A stretch of 41,638 nucleotides of DNA from a bacterium (GCA_016789445.1 JAEUQT010000003.1:38962-80599); one strand, 5' to 3'. Positions 33,129 through 40,721 are shown, counted from the stretch's first letter. Numbers and translations: made by a program. Notes: generated by a model not told the origin, from the letters alone.

Positions 33129-34196
33129 CTATTCAGCCAAAAGCGGCTTTTCAACCCCTTCTGGCTCAAGACCAGAGCTACTGCCGGTGATCTTCAGGAT
33201 GTCCTTGTCCACCTTGGCCAGCTCCTTGTAACCGGCATTGTAGTGGTTCACCGTGGTCGAGAGCGAGGTCCCTACCTTCTTATAGAAGACGTCGTACGCG
33301 GCGATGTGCTTCATCAGGTTCTCCACGTTCTTCTTGATCTGCTCGGCGTCCTTCTCGATCTTGAACGCCTTGAAGCCGTAGAGGACGGAATTCAGGTAGG
33401 CGAAGAACGTCGTCGGCGAGACGATGATGACCTTCTTCTCATTCTGCGCGTAGTCCAGCAGGTTGCGCGCATTGATGGCTCCGACACTGCCGGTGACGAG
33501 GTCGTAATAGATCGATTCGGCCGGGATATACATGAATGCGAAACCGAGAGTACCCTCCTCAGGACGGATGTACTTCGAGGTCTCATCGATACGTTTCTTG
33601 AGATCCTTCTTGAAGGCATCTTCGTATTCGCCACGCTTCTCGTCGTCCTTCTCATCGAGGAGGCGGACGTAATTCTCGAGCGGGAACTTCGCGTCGACCG
33701 GAACGATGCCTTCTTTCACGAAGATGGCGGCGTCGACCGTCTCGCCGTTGGCGAAGTCATACTGCATCTTGAAGCGATCCGGCGGCAGGATGTTGTTGAG
33801 GATGAGTTCCAAGCCTGCCTCACCGAGATTGCCGCGCTGCTTCTGGTTCTTAAGCACCTTCTCGAGGTTCTGGAGCTGCTCCGCGATCGTGAAGACCTGC
33901 TTCGTCGACGCGTTCGTCTCGGCGACGCCGCGGGCGACTTCGGTCAATTGCTTATGCACGAGATCGCGGATGTCGGTCGCGAGACGCTGGGACTCGCCGA
34001 ACTGCGCCCGCATGCTATCGAACATCGTCCGCGTGCCTTCCCCCAGTTTCGCATCCATGGATTGCGAGAGGGCGTCGATGCGGTTCTGGAGGAGGATCAT
34101 GCTCTGGGAGTCCTGCTGCGGTGCCGGTTTGCGGAGGAAGATGAAGCCGACCACGGCCAGATTGACGAGGAGAAGCGCGATGATGATGAATTCCAT
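33129..34196 (-). CDS. rmuC: DNA recombination protein RmuC
   Basis: N-terminal TM, coiled coil, RmuC nuclease-like C-terminus (FAFMYIPAESIYYD, VIIVSPTTFFAYL). TAAAAT 6 nt upstream of the ATG. Confidence 0.88.
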   Translation of the reverse strand: MEFIIIALLLVNLAVVGFIFLRKPAPQQDSQSMILLQNRIDALSQSMDAKLGEGTRTMFDSMRAQFGESQRLATDIRDLVHKQLTEVARGVAETNASTKQVFTIAEQLQNLEKVLKNQKQRGNLGEAGLELILNNILPPDRFKMQYDFANGETVDAAIFVKEGIVPVDAKFPLENYVRLLDEKDDEKRGEYEDAFKKDLKKRIDETSKYIRPEEGTLGFAFMYIPAESIYYDLVTGSVGAINARNLLDYAQNEKKVIIVSPTTFFAYLNSVLYGFKAFKIEKDAEQIKKNVENLMKHIAAYDVFYKKVGTSLSTTVNHYNAGYKELAKVDKDILKITGSSSGLEPEGVEKPLLAE

Positions 34197-34273
34197 GGGG
34201 CGATTTTACCACGATGCATCTTCATCAGGACTCTGCTATGGTTGAGCCAGTTCGTTCTTCACAAGGAGGAATC

Positions 34274-34999
34274 ATGCTGACAGAAGTCGAACGACGGCTC
34301 GAAGAATTGCAGAGACAAACCCTCACCCAATGGGAGGACATTCGCACCGAATACTTCAGACTCATCCATGATCGCCATGCGCCTACGATGCTCGGCATGA
34401 ATATCAATACCGAGAGCAGGGCTGATATGCGCATCGATCCGGTGGTGTTCGCACGTGAAAGCTGTCTCTTGAGCAAGGTCAATCCGGATATCGACACGGA
34501 GTATTTTGATCGGTATTTGAAGATCGCACGCTTTACCATCGAATCTGACGTAGACCATTCCTCGTATCCAAAGATCACGCATCCAGCCATAACCAATGCA
34601 GCGATCTGTGACCACCCGCACTACTTCACCTACCGCACCGGATCGTCGTTCAGGGATCCGTTCGAGGATTCCGAGGACGCCCTTCCCATCGGACAGCCTG
34701 AGAAGTACCTGCGGCTTTGGATGAAAATGGTCGAACGGATAGTGATACGGTACCGAGAGCGATCATTCGAAGAGCGGGATGCGATATCCATCGCACTCCA
34801 CGACACGCTGATATTCCTGCATCCGTTCGATGAGGCAAACAGCCGCACCGCCCGGATACACCTGCAGGAAATACGGCGTGCCCTCGGCATTCCGATGATC
34901 ATCTTCCGTCACTCGGAAACACGGGCCAACAAGCGACGAATCAAGTTCTTCGACCGACACATCGCCAAGCCATTCATGGCGAGGCATGGACGTATCTGA
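34274..34999 (+). CDS. Fic/Doc-family protein with degenerate active-site motif
   Basis: HPFDEANSRTAR versus the canonical HxFx(D/E)GNGRxxR (Doc: ...ANKR). Strong SD AAGGAGG 4 nt before ATG 34274. The track ORF starts earlier, at 34214. Confidence 0.6.
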   Translation: MLTEVERRLEELQRQTLTQWEDIRTEYFRLIHDRHAPTMLGMNINTESRADMRIDPVVFARESCLLSKVNPDIDTEYFDRYLKIARFTIESDVDHSSYPKITHPAITNAAICDHPHYFTYRTGSSFRDPFEDSEDALPIGQPEKYLRLWMKMVERIVIRYRERSFEERDAISIALHDTLIFLHPFDEANSRTARIHLQEIRRALGIPMIIFRHSETRANKRRIKFFDRHIAKPFMARHGRI

Positions 35000-35005
35000 C
35001 TCAGG

Positions 35006-35042
35006 CGGCATCCGCAATATGCGGGTGCCGTTTTCCTTTTTT
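35006..35042 (+). terminator. Intrinsic terminator after the Fic/Doc-like gene
   Basis: 10-bp stem CGGCATCCGC/GCGGGTGCCG (one G-T pair), loop AATAT, then TTTTCCTTTTTT. Confidence 0.85.
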
Positions 35043-35058
35043 CTGCTATTGTGGGGGC

Positions 35059-35508
35059 ATGCTTATCGACACCATCAAGAACGACATGAAGGAGGCCATG
35101 AAGGCCAAGGACGATATCAAGGTCCAGACACTTCGCGGCGCTATTGCTGCCTGCACCAACGAGCTCGTGGCCAAGGGCCAGAAGCCGACTGATCCTATCG
35201 ACGACGCCATGGTGATGACGATCCTCAAGAGGCTTGGCAAACAGCGCAAGGATTCGATCGATCAATTCACGAAAGGTGGACGCCCTGAGATGGCGGAAAA
35301 GGAAGCAAAGGAACTCGCAATCATCGAAGCGTACCTGCCGCAGATGGCATCACGCGAAGACATCCTCAAAGTCGCCGAAGCGAAGAAAGCAGAAATGAAT
35401 GTCGATGCTGCCGGCAAAGGCAAGCTCATGGGCGCCGTTATTAAAGAACTAGGCGGTAACGCTGACGGGGCTGTCGTTAAGGAAGTCATCGACTCTCTTT
35501 TCGCCTAG
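35059..35508 (+). CDS. yqeY: GatB/YqeY-domain protein
   Basis: MLIDTIKNDMKEAMKAKDDIKVQTLRGAIAA...AIIEAYLPQ... Confidence 0.85.
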   Translation: MLIDTIKNDMKEAMKAKDDIKVQTLRGAIAACTNELVAKGQKPTDPIDDAMVMTILKRLGKQRKDSIDQFTKGGRPEMAEKEAKELAIIEAYLPQMASREDILKVAEAKKAEMNVDAAGKGKLMGAVIKELGGNADGAVVKEVIDSLFA

Positions 35509-35607
35509 TTAAGCGCTTTTTCTTGCTGCTTGACTTTATATATTTTTGTGATATTATAGTCGTAGTGAAGCGTTAGTGCGCGTTTTTCAGCCCTCTGGGA
35601 GGTGCGC

Positions 35608-35910
35608 ATGAACTTTTTTCCGACGATAGAAAGTGTGGACTGTGCCGAGGCAATCGTGAAGCTGCCTGATTCGCAGATTCTGATCCAGTTCCGTTGTTCT
35701 TCGAAAGACTACGTCGCCCTCTCGACGGTCTTCGAAGTATCTCGATGGAGCATAAACGCCCGGTGGGGAAAGCTTCCCTCAATCAGTTCACAACGTCGCG
35801 AAGCCGCTAGAAGATTGGCGGTCGAAGCGATTCTTAAGCACCGTCGGGACTACGCACAACGGCAGGTGGAGAAATTCCGCCGACCGTTCCAGCGTAGTTT
35901 CTCGTTCTGA
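35608..35910 (+). CDS. Small hypothetical protein, possible HTH
   Basis: 100 aa with GGGAGG SD 5 nt upstream. DYVALSTVFEVSRWSINARW resembles a helix-turn-helix. Lies in an AT-richer stretch. Confidence 0.4.
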   Translation: MNFFPTIESVDCAEAIVKLPDSQILIQFRCSSKDYVALSTVFEVSRWSINARWGKLPSISSQRREAARRLAVEAILKHRRDYAQRQVEKFRRPFQRSFSF

Positions 35911-35922
35911 TGAGAACGAAAG

Positions 35923-35955
35923 GCGCGGTACGTATTGAGTCCGCGCTTTTGTTTT
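35923..35955 (+). terminator. Putative intrinsic terminator
   Basis: GCGCGG...CCGCGC stem (12-nt loop) followed by TTTTGTTTT. Confidence 0.5.
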
Positions 35956-36046
35956 CCCCAGAAATGGCGGGAAAACCCGTTTCCCCTCTTGTCATATCGG
36001 GAAATGGGAGTACGATACCGCGAGTTCCAAGACAAAGGAGTGAGAT

Positions 36047-36205
36047 ATGAACAGCTATGTGGTTGCCCAACTCATGGTGTTGGCAGCACGAGCAGGACAT
36101 TCGATTCCCGAAGGTTCGCTACTGGAACAAGCAGCACGTTTGAATGAAGAGTCTGGCCGTACGGATTCCACTGAGGAAATCGAATCGGTCGACGAGCAGC
36201 ATTGA
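36047..36205 (+). CDS. Small hypothetical acidic protein (52 aa)
   Basis: Below the ORF-track cut-off. AAAGGAG SD 7 nt upstream. MNSYVVAQLMVLAARAGHSIPEGSLLEQAARLNEESGRTDSTEEIESVDEQH. Followed by a terminator. Confidence 0.4.
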   Translation: MNSYVVAQLMVLAARAGHSIPEGSLLEQAARLNEESGRTDSTEEIESVDEQH

Positions 36206-36212
36206 GCTGCGG

Positions 36213-36246
36213 AAGGACGCCATTATTTCGGCGTCCTTTTTCTTTT
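36213..36246 (+). terminator. Intrinsic terminator (overlaps the 3' end of convergent mpg)
   Basis: AAGGACGCC-ATTATTTC-GGCGTCCTT followed by TTTCTTTT. Confidence 0.65.
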
Positions 36247-36768
36247 GTCGTGAGAGATCATGACGAATCGCCATTCCTTCGCGGCCCAATCTCCTGCATA
36301 CGCGACGCCGATGCGCGGCGTCATCCGCATGCCGCTTTTCGGGATGAGGATTCCTCGATCTTCGATCCACAGCCCGTTACCCTTGGTAGCGGGTTTCGCA
36401 TTCAGGGATCGTGTGATATTCAGCTCGCGCGTAAGCTTCCCCGGACCATCGATACCTTCAACACGGCGGATGAGAACCGCACCGGGATGCCCCTTCGGGT
36501 CACAGACGATGTTGAGCATTTCGTACATGCCGTAGATAAAATAGACGTACCAGTGCCCCGGCGGGCCATACATAACCTCCGTGCGCGGCGTCTTCCCTTT
36601 TGCGGCATGCGATGCCTTGTCATCGAAGCCATCGTACGCCTCTGTTTCCGTGATCATGTGCGCCTCACGCTTGCCACCGTGTTCACGTACGAGGAATTTA
36701 CCCAAGAGATCAGGCGCGACGAGGTCCGCGGTGCGGGAGAAGAACTTCGGCCCGAGAATGTGCTGCAT
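36223..36768 (-). CDS. mpg: DNA-3-methyladenine glycosylase (Mpg/AAG family)
   Basis: ITETEAYDG...DKASHA...PGHWYVYFIYGMYEMLNIV. TATAGT 6 nt upstream of the ATG. Confidence 0.9.
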   Translation of the reverse strand: MQHILGPKFFSRTADLVAPDLLGKFLVREHGGKREAHMITETEAYDGFDDKASHAAKGKTPRTEVMYGPPGHWYVYFIYGMYEMLNIVCDPKGHPGAVLIRRVEGIDGPGKLTRELNITRSLNAKPATKGNGLWIEDRGILIPKSGMRMTPRIGVAYAGDWAAKEWRFVMISHDKRKRTPK

Positions 36769-36775
36769 TTACGCA

Positions 36776-37990
36776 CTATATCGCTCGCGAGGAGCGCTGC
36801 GAAATGACTACCGAAACGACCGAAGCGAAAGCCGCAAGAATAATGACGGCACCGAAGGCTGCCGCTGCATGCACGTAGAGCGCCACGAATGCGAGGATGA
36901 GACATGCGATGATGCGGCCGAGGGCCAGTCCCATTTCCTTCAGTGCCGTGTATTCATCGACATAGTGCGCACCATCGGCGCTCTGGTCATGTACGGCATG
37001 ATCGATACTGAAGCGCTTCGGCGAGGAGCTGGAGTGCGCATAGACGTCGACCGCCAGGATCTGGAGCGGCGATGCCGCGGCAAGACGGAGCAACCAGCTG
37101 GAGAAGACCAATGTAGCGAGAATCGGTGTCGAGCGTTCGGCGCGATGACGCTTGAGAAGCCTGCGGACGCCGGTGCGGAAAAACGGCGTCACGATAAGCG
37201 TGAGCGTAAGGATGAGTCCCAAACCGAGGAACGACTGGCCGATGATGATGAACGCCGCGAGCGGCCAGATAAGGAGAAGTGCCGCGCCCTGGATGCCATC
37301 GGCAAGCGAGAGCGTAAAGAGCGTCTGGTTGGAGCGTGAGAAAAGCGCGGCGAAGGTCTCGAGGAATCCCCATTCGAATCCTTCGTACGATTCAGGGATA
37401 CGGATAAGCGGGATGAGGGCGGCAAGTGCGACGAATGCAGCAAGCGCCAGAAGCGCTTCAGGACCGAGCCAGATCGTCTCGATCATGAGTCCCGCGATAA
37501 GCGGAACGAACGCGAGGATGATTTCCTCGCCTTTCGAGGCGCTTACATAGGTACCGGTATCCGCGATCTCGGTGCGGTACGGGATCCAATAGAGCGCGCG
37601 ATGGATCCCCATGAGGATGACGAAGCTTACGATCATGCCGAACGCGAATTCGCCCGAGCCGATCTGCGGCGCGAAGACGACGCTCATGCACGCGAAGGCG
37701 AAGGAAGCGATAAGCGTGCCGTACGCGAGGGCGCGGCGCATACCGTTGCGCAGCGCGAAACCGGAGAGCGGCGTGAGGATGAATACGATCCCCTGCATCA
37801 AGGCGTACATGATCGCGACCGCGAAGATCGATGCTTCGGTGCTTCCGCTCACCAGATAGAAGCCACGGAATATGAAAATCCACGCGAACACGTTGCCGGC
37901 ACCCATCGCGAGACGCATGAGAAACCGATGTGTCGCGAGCGCGTTACCGCGCTCGTATGCAGCGCCCGAAAAGGGCGACAGAGCAGACAT
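36776..37990 (-). CDS. Polytopic membrane protein, MFS-transporter-like
   Basis: 404 aa with about 12 hydrophobic helices. No diagnostic motif that I can confirm by eye. Confidence 0.5.
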   Translation of the reverse strand: MSALSPFSGAAYERGNALATHRFLMRLAMGAGNVFAWIFIFRGFYLVSGSTEASIFAVAIMYALMQGIVFILTPLSGFALRNGMRRALAYGTLIASFAFACMSVVFAPQIGSGEFAFGMIVSFVILMGIHRALYWIPYRTEIADTGTYVSASKGEEIILAFVPLIAGLMIETIWLGPEALLALAAFVALAALIPLIRIPESYEGFEWGFLETFAALFSRSNQTLFTLSLADGIQGAALLLIWPLAAFIIIGQSFLGLGLILTLTLIVTPFFRTGVRRLLKRHRAERSTPILATLVFSSWLLRLAAASPLQILAVDVYAHSSSSPKRFSIDHAVHDQSADGAHYVDEYTALKEMGLALGRIIACLILAFVALYVHAAAAFGAVIILAAFASVVSVVISQRSSRAI

Positions 37991-37992
37991 AG

Positions 37993-38385
37993 TTATGAAA
38001 GACGCTGATTACCTCGAGCGCGAAGATACGGACGGATGAGCGGAAAGACCACGATGAGTGCGTAGCCGAGCCACACGCTCCACGTGCCGTAGAGTGCCCA
38101 ACCAGCGAATGGTACGAGATAGATCGCATCAAGCACGATCGCGGTAAGCGCCCACACAACCGAGTACGGAAGGATGTCTTTCCAATCCATCAAGCGGAGC
38201 GATTTCGCCGCGAGCGAAGTGATACCGAACAGGATCGCGAGACGGATAGCGAGCGAAAGGAATCCGAGCGAGTAACCGTAGATCACCAATCCCGACCATG
38301 CGAGATACATGATCGCGTAAATCGCCACTCCCCAACCAAGTGCCCGATAGAGCCAGCTATTCATTGCATGCATTATAGCGAGCAT
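37993..38385 (-). CDS. Small polytopic membrane protein, unknown function
   Basis: Hydrophobic from MLAIMHAMNSW (38385). The upstream part of the track ORF (to 38526) covers repeat family 2 copy b and is not protein-like. Confidence 0.5.
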   Translation of the reverse strand: MLAIMHAMNSWLYRALGWGVAIYAIMYLAWSGLVIYGYSLGFLSLAIRLAILFGITSLAAKSLRLMDWKDILPYSVVWALTAIVLDAIYLVPFAGWALYGTWSVWLGYALIVVFPLIRPYLRARGNQRLS

Positions 38386-38462
38386 TAGGCACTCTTCTTG
38401 TATGCGTGTGGATAGTACGGTGAAGGCATCATGGGACATGGCGTCGTGAGAACCTCGCGTGA

Positions 38463-38584
38463 GACGGGGTTGGGGCCCCGTCGCAAGGCCGGAGCAGCTT
38501 GGCTGCGAGGCGGGGTCGCGCAACATCGCAGCAGCGATGTATGCGTGACGGAGCGATTTTTCAGCAGAAAATTACACGACCCCG
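38463..38584. repeat. Family-2 structured intergenic element, copy b
   Basis: [GACGGGG TTGGGG CCCCGTC]GCAAGGCCGGAG-[GCAG CTTGG CTGC]-GAGGCGGGGTCGCGCA-[ACATCGC AGCA GCGATGT]-ATGCGTGACGGAGC... CGGGGTCG (38511-18) can pair with CGACCCCG (38577-84). Confidence 0.8.
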
Positions 38585-38622
38585 GAGAATATGATTTCAG
38601 TGGATACGCACAGATGGCATGC

Positions 38623-38650
38623 GAAAAGCCCGCATTGCTGCGGGCTTTTC
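38623..38650 (-). terminator. Intrinsic terminator after the RRM-protein gene
   Basis: GAAAAGCCCGCA-TTGC-TGCGGGCTTTTC, a perfect 12-bp palindromic hairpin with A/T-run flanks. Confidence 0.7.
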
Positions 38651-38677
38651 TGAAAGGAGACTAAGCATCAACTGGCA

Positions 38678-38992
38678 TTACCAGCTGTTGCGTCGGTCAC
38701 CGCCCCATCCACCGCCTCCACCACCTTCGCGGCGAGGGCGAGCTTCCATAGGGCGCGCTTCGTTGACGGTAAGGGAACGGCCACCGAAATCCTTGCCATT
38801 CCACATGTCGATTGCCTTCTGGGCATCGTCATCATTACCGAACTCAACGAAACCGAAGCCCTTCGAGCGGCCAGTCATCTTGTCCATGATGATGATAGCC
38901 GACGAAACGGATCCGGCCTGCGCGAAAGCGTCGCGGAGCTGATCTTCCGACGTAGAGTACGGAAGGCCGCCGACATAGAGTTTCTTCGCCAT
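38678..38992 (-). CDS. RRM-type RNA-binding protein with Gly/Arg-rich tail
   Basis: RNP2 KLYVGGL, RNP1 KGFGFVEF, C-terminal RREGGGGGGWGGDRR. Start at MAKKLYV (38992); the track ORF extension to 39145 was rejected. Confidence 0.88.
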   Translation of the reverse strand: MAKKLYVGGLPYSTSEDQLRDAFAQAGSVSSAIIIMDKMTGRSKGFGFVEFGNDDDAQKAIDMWNGKDFGGRSLTVNEARPMEARPRREGGGGGGWGGDRRNSW

Positions 38993-39203
38993 GTATTCGT
39001 CCAATTCTTCTAGTATGAAATGTAAACCAACCTTCTCCGTCCCTCTGCGTCGGTGGACACCTGCACAAGATGGGAAAAACTTACATTCGCGGCAAGTATA
39101 GGACAACTCCCCTAAAGCGCAAGCGCACTCGGTGCGCGAAGCCACGTATTGCTTTTGTCTAGAAATATGGTATTATATTAATATCCCAGCAAAGGAGGAA
39201 TCC

Positions 39204-39434
39204 ATGGGAGAAGACGATGAGGAGTACGCGGACGATCACGAGGCGGCGGAACAGATCCTCGCGGCAATGAAGGAGGCCATCGCTCAGGCAACTGAGCACA
39301 TGGATTCCGATCAAGCCGCCCGCGCTTCGACACTGGCAGCGCGCCAGTTGGCCGAGGAATACGGCCATATCATCAAAGAGCCGGATTCCGACGAGGAGGT
39401 CTCGTCCGAGCACCTCGATCCCGAAGAAGACTGA
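39204..39434 (+). CDS. Small acidic hypothetical protein (76 aa)
   Basis: AAAGGAGG SD 5 nt before the ATG. MGEDDEEYADDHEAAEQIL...SDEEVSSEHLDPEED. Followed by a 10-bp hairpin. Confidence 0.5.
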   Translation: MGEDDEEYADDHEAAEQILAAMKEAIAQATEHMDSDQAARASTLAARQLAEEYGHIIKEPDSDEEVSSEHLDPEED

Positions 39435-39440
39435 ACTTCC

Positions 39441-39464
39441 GGCCGGTGCAGCAATGCACCGGCC
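39441..39464 (+). terminator. Hairpin after the acidic small gene (no clear U-tract)
   Basis: GGCCGGTGCA-GCAA-TGCACCGGCC. Confidence 0.4.
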
Positions 39465-39510
39465 ACTACTATTCCCCTTCCGAAAGATATCTGGTATAAA
39501 TCCACTTGAA

Positions 39511-39583
39511 GGGCCCTTAGCTCATCTGGTAGAGCACCTCATTTGCAATGAGGGGGTGGCAGGTTCGAGTCCTGTAGGGTCCA
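39511..39583 (+). tRNA. tRNA-Ala (anticodon UGC)
   Basis: Manual cloverleaf. Acceptor GGGCCCT/AGGGTCC with G3:U70, D arm GCTC..GAGC, anticodon arm CCTCA-TTTGCAA-TGAGG, T arm GCAGG-TTCGAGT-CCTGT, discriminator A. CCA is not encoded. Confidence 0.92.
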
Positions 39584-39594
39584 CAAAAGACGAT

Positions 39595-39628
39595 AAAGAC
39601 AGTGCCTGCGCACTGTCTTTTCGCTTTT
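39595..39628 (+). terminator. Intrinsic terminator after tRNA-Ala
   Basis: AAAGACAGTGC-CTGC-GCACTGTCTTT followed by TCGCTTTT. Confidence 0.75.
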
Positions 39629-39633
39629 GTGGA

Positions 39634-39740
39634 GGACGGAGGCATGTTTTGTCAGTAGGCAAAACAGCCGAGTCGGGGTCGCGGAAATTCGTTTGCGACG
39701 GCAAACGAATTATCTGTGACCACTCGTGGAAGGCGGAGCG
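39634..39740. repeat. Family-2 structured intergenic element, copy c
   Basis: GGACGGAGG-[TGTTTTG TCAGTAGG CAAAACA]-GCCGAGTCGGGGTCGCGGA-[AATTCGTTTGC GACG GCAAACGAATT]-ATCTGTGACC...GGCGGAGCG. Confidence 0.7.
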
Positions 39741-39801
39741 GGTCATAGAAATCCAACCGGCGCAATTGGATTTCCATGATCACCTTGAACGGGTTCTCGT
39801 C

Positions 39802-40302
39802 CTACGCACAGAGACTGGAGAGAAAGAGGAGTGCGTAAAGGCCAATGAAAATCCACGGAATCGACAGCTCTATGTGTGAGAAGGGCCAGTATTTCGACGT
39901 ATCCTCTCCTCGGCCGAGCGCTTCCCATTCTGTATCGTAGAGGGAGAGCGGCAGTCGAGATTCGATTGCATGAATGACCTGGAATTTGGCGGTATTAAGA
40001 TTTCGATAGGACTTGATGATTTCGTACCAGAAATAACACATGACCGCCCCTGCAATCGACGAGAACACCAATAACATCAGCACCGTGTCTTCACTGCTCC
40101 GTGTCGACATGAATCCCAGCAGTCCGACGAGAGCTGTGTTGAGTGCGAGGAAAAATTCGTTGGACTTCTGGCGTCGGTCACTTATCTTCTCCGAGGATTC
40201 GACGTAGATTTTGTATTGTTCCAAGAGGTGCTCGATGTATTTGTCACCGTACTTCGCGCTCTCGGAAACAAACAGGCGCTTTAGAATGTCGTCACTTGCC
40301 AT
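39802..40302 (-). CDS. Small 3-TM membrane protein (SLATT/DUF4231-like layout), putative effector partner of the TIR-like protein
   Basis: 166 aa from ATG 40302 (a GTG at 40314 is possible). N-terminal amphipathic helix ending SDRRQKSNEFF. TM helices: FLALNTALVGLLGF, VLMLLVFSSIAGAVMCYFWY, LSIPWIFIGLYALLFLSSL. Confidence 0.55.
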   Translation of the reverse strand: MASDDILKRLFVSESAKYGDKYIEHLLEQYKIYVESSEKISDRRQKSNEFFLALNTALVGLLGFMSTRSSEDTVLMLLVFSSIAGAVMCYFWYEIIKSYRNLNTAKFQVIHAIESRLPLSLYDTEWEALGRGEDTSKYWPFSHIELSIPWIFIGLYALLFLSSLCA

Positions 40303-40303
40303 A

Positions 40304-40708
40304 CTATCGGGCACCCTTTAGAAGAGCTTCGAGATTAGGCCACGTCCAGTCGTATATCTTATCCGTAGGAAGTGCAGTGGTCGGCTTGTTCGCGGCTTTC
40401 TCGCTCCGTCCCCAAAGAAGAAAGTAAGGCTTGTTCTCCTCCTGCGCGATTTTCACCTCCGCCGCAACACCAGTCGCTGTGTGGGTGTGCTGGCCGCATA
40501 TCACAACAACCTGGTCAGCCCCACGAATCTTCAAACGAGCCTTTTCCTTCCAGTCCCCAAAGAGGGCTTGCTTCACTGATACATCGGTAATCTCGAAAGG
40601 CGTCTTATCGTGCTTCGCCTGGCCGCAGAAGAGAATTTTGAGGTCCTCGTCGTGGTCAAAGTCAAAGCTCACGAACACCTTAGGTTTTCGGGGGAGGCTG
40701 TAGTTCAT
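40304..40708 (-). CDS. TIR-like domain protein (DUF1863/ThsB-like pattern)
   Basis: KVFVSFDFDHDEDLKILF...ADQVVVICGQHTHTATGVAAEVKIAQEENKPYFLLWG. Start MNYSLPRKPK at 40708 with TATACT 7 nt upstream. The stop is 1 nt from the next ATG. Confidence 0.65.
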   Translation of the reverse strand: MNYSLPRKPKVFVSFDFDHDEDLKILFCGQAKHDKTPFEITDVSVKQALFGDWKEKARLKIRGADQVVVICGQHTHTATGVAAEVKIAQEENKPYFLLWGRSEKAANKPTTALPTDKIYDWTWPNLEALLKGAR

Positions 40709-40715
40709 GGCCATG

Positions 40716-40721
40716 AGTATA
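40716..40721 (-). promoter_or_regulatory. -10-like TATACT box 7 nt upstream of TIR-like gene ATG
   Basis: Reverse strand reads gcTATACTcatggccATG. Confidence 0.5.

Noticed and set aside
39454-39879. 141-aa ORF spanning the tRNA-Ala gene and family-2 copy c.
   Set aside because: It reads straight through a well-folded tRNA, a terminator and a structured repeat, so it is an artefact of the ORF scan.
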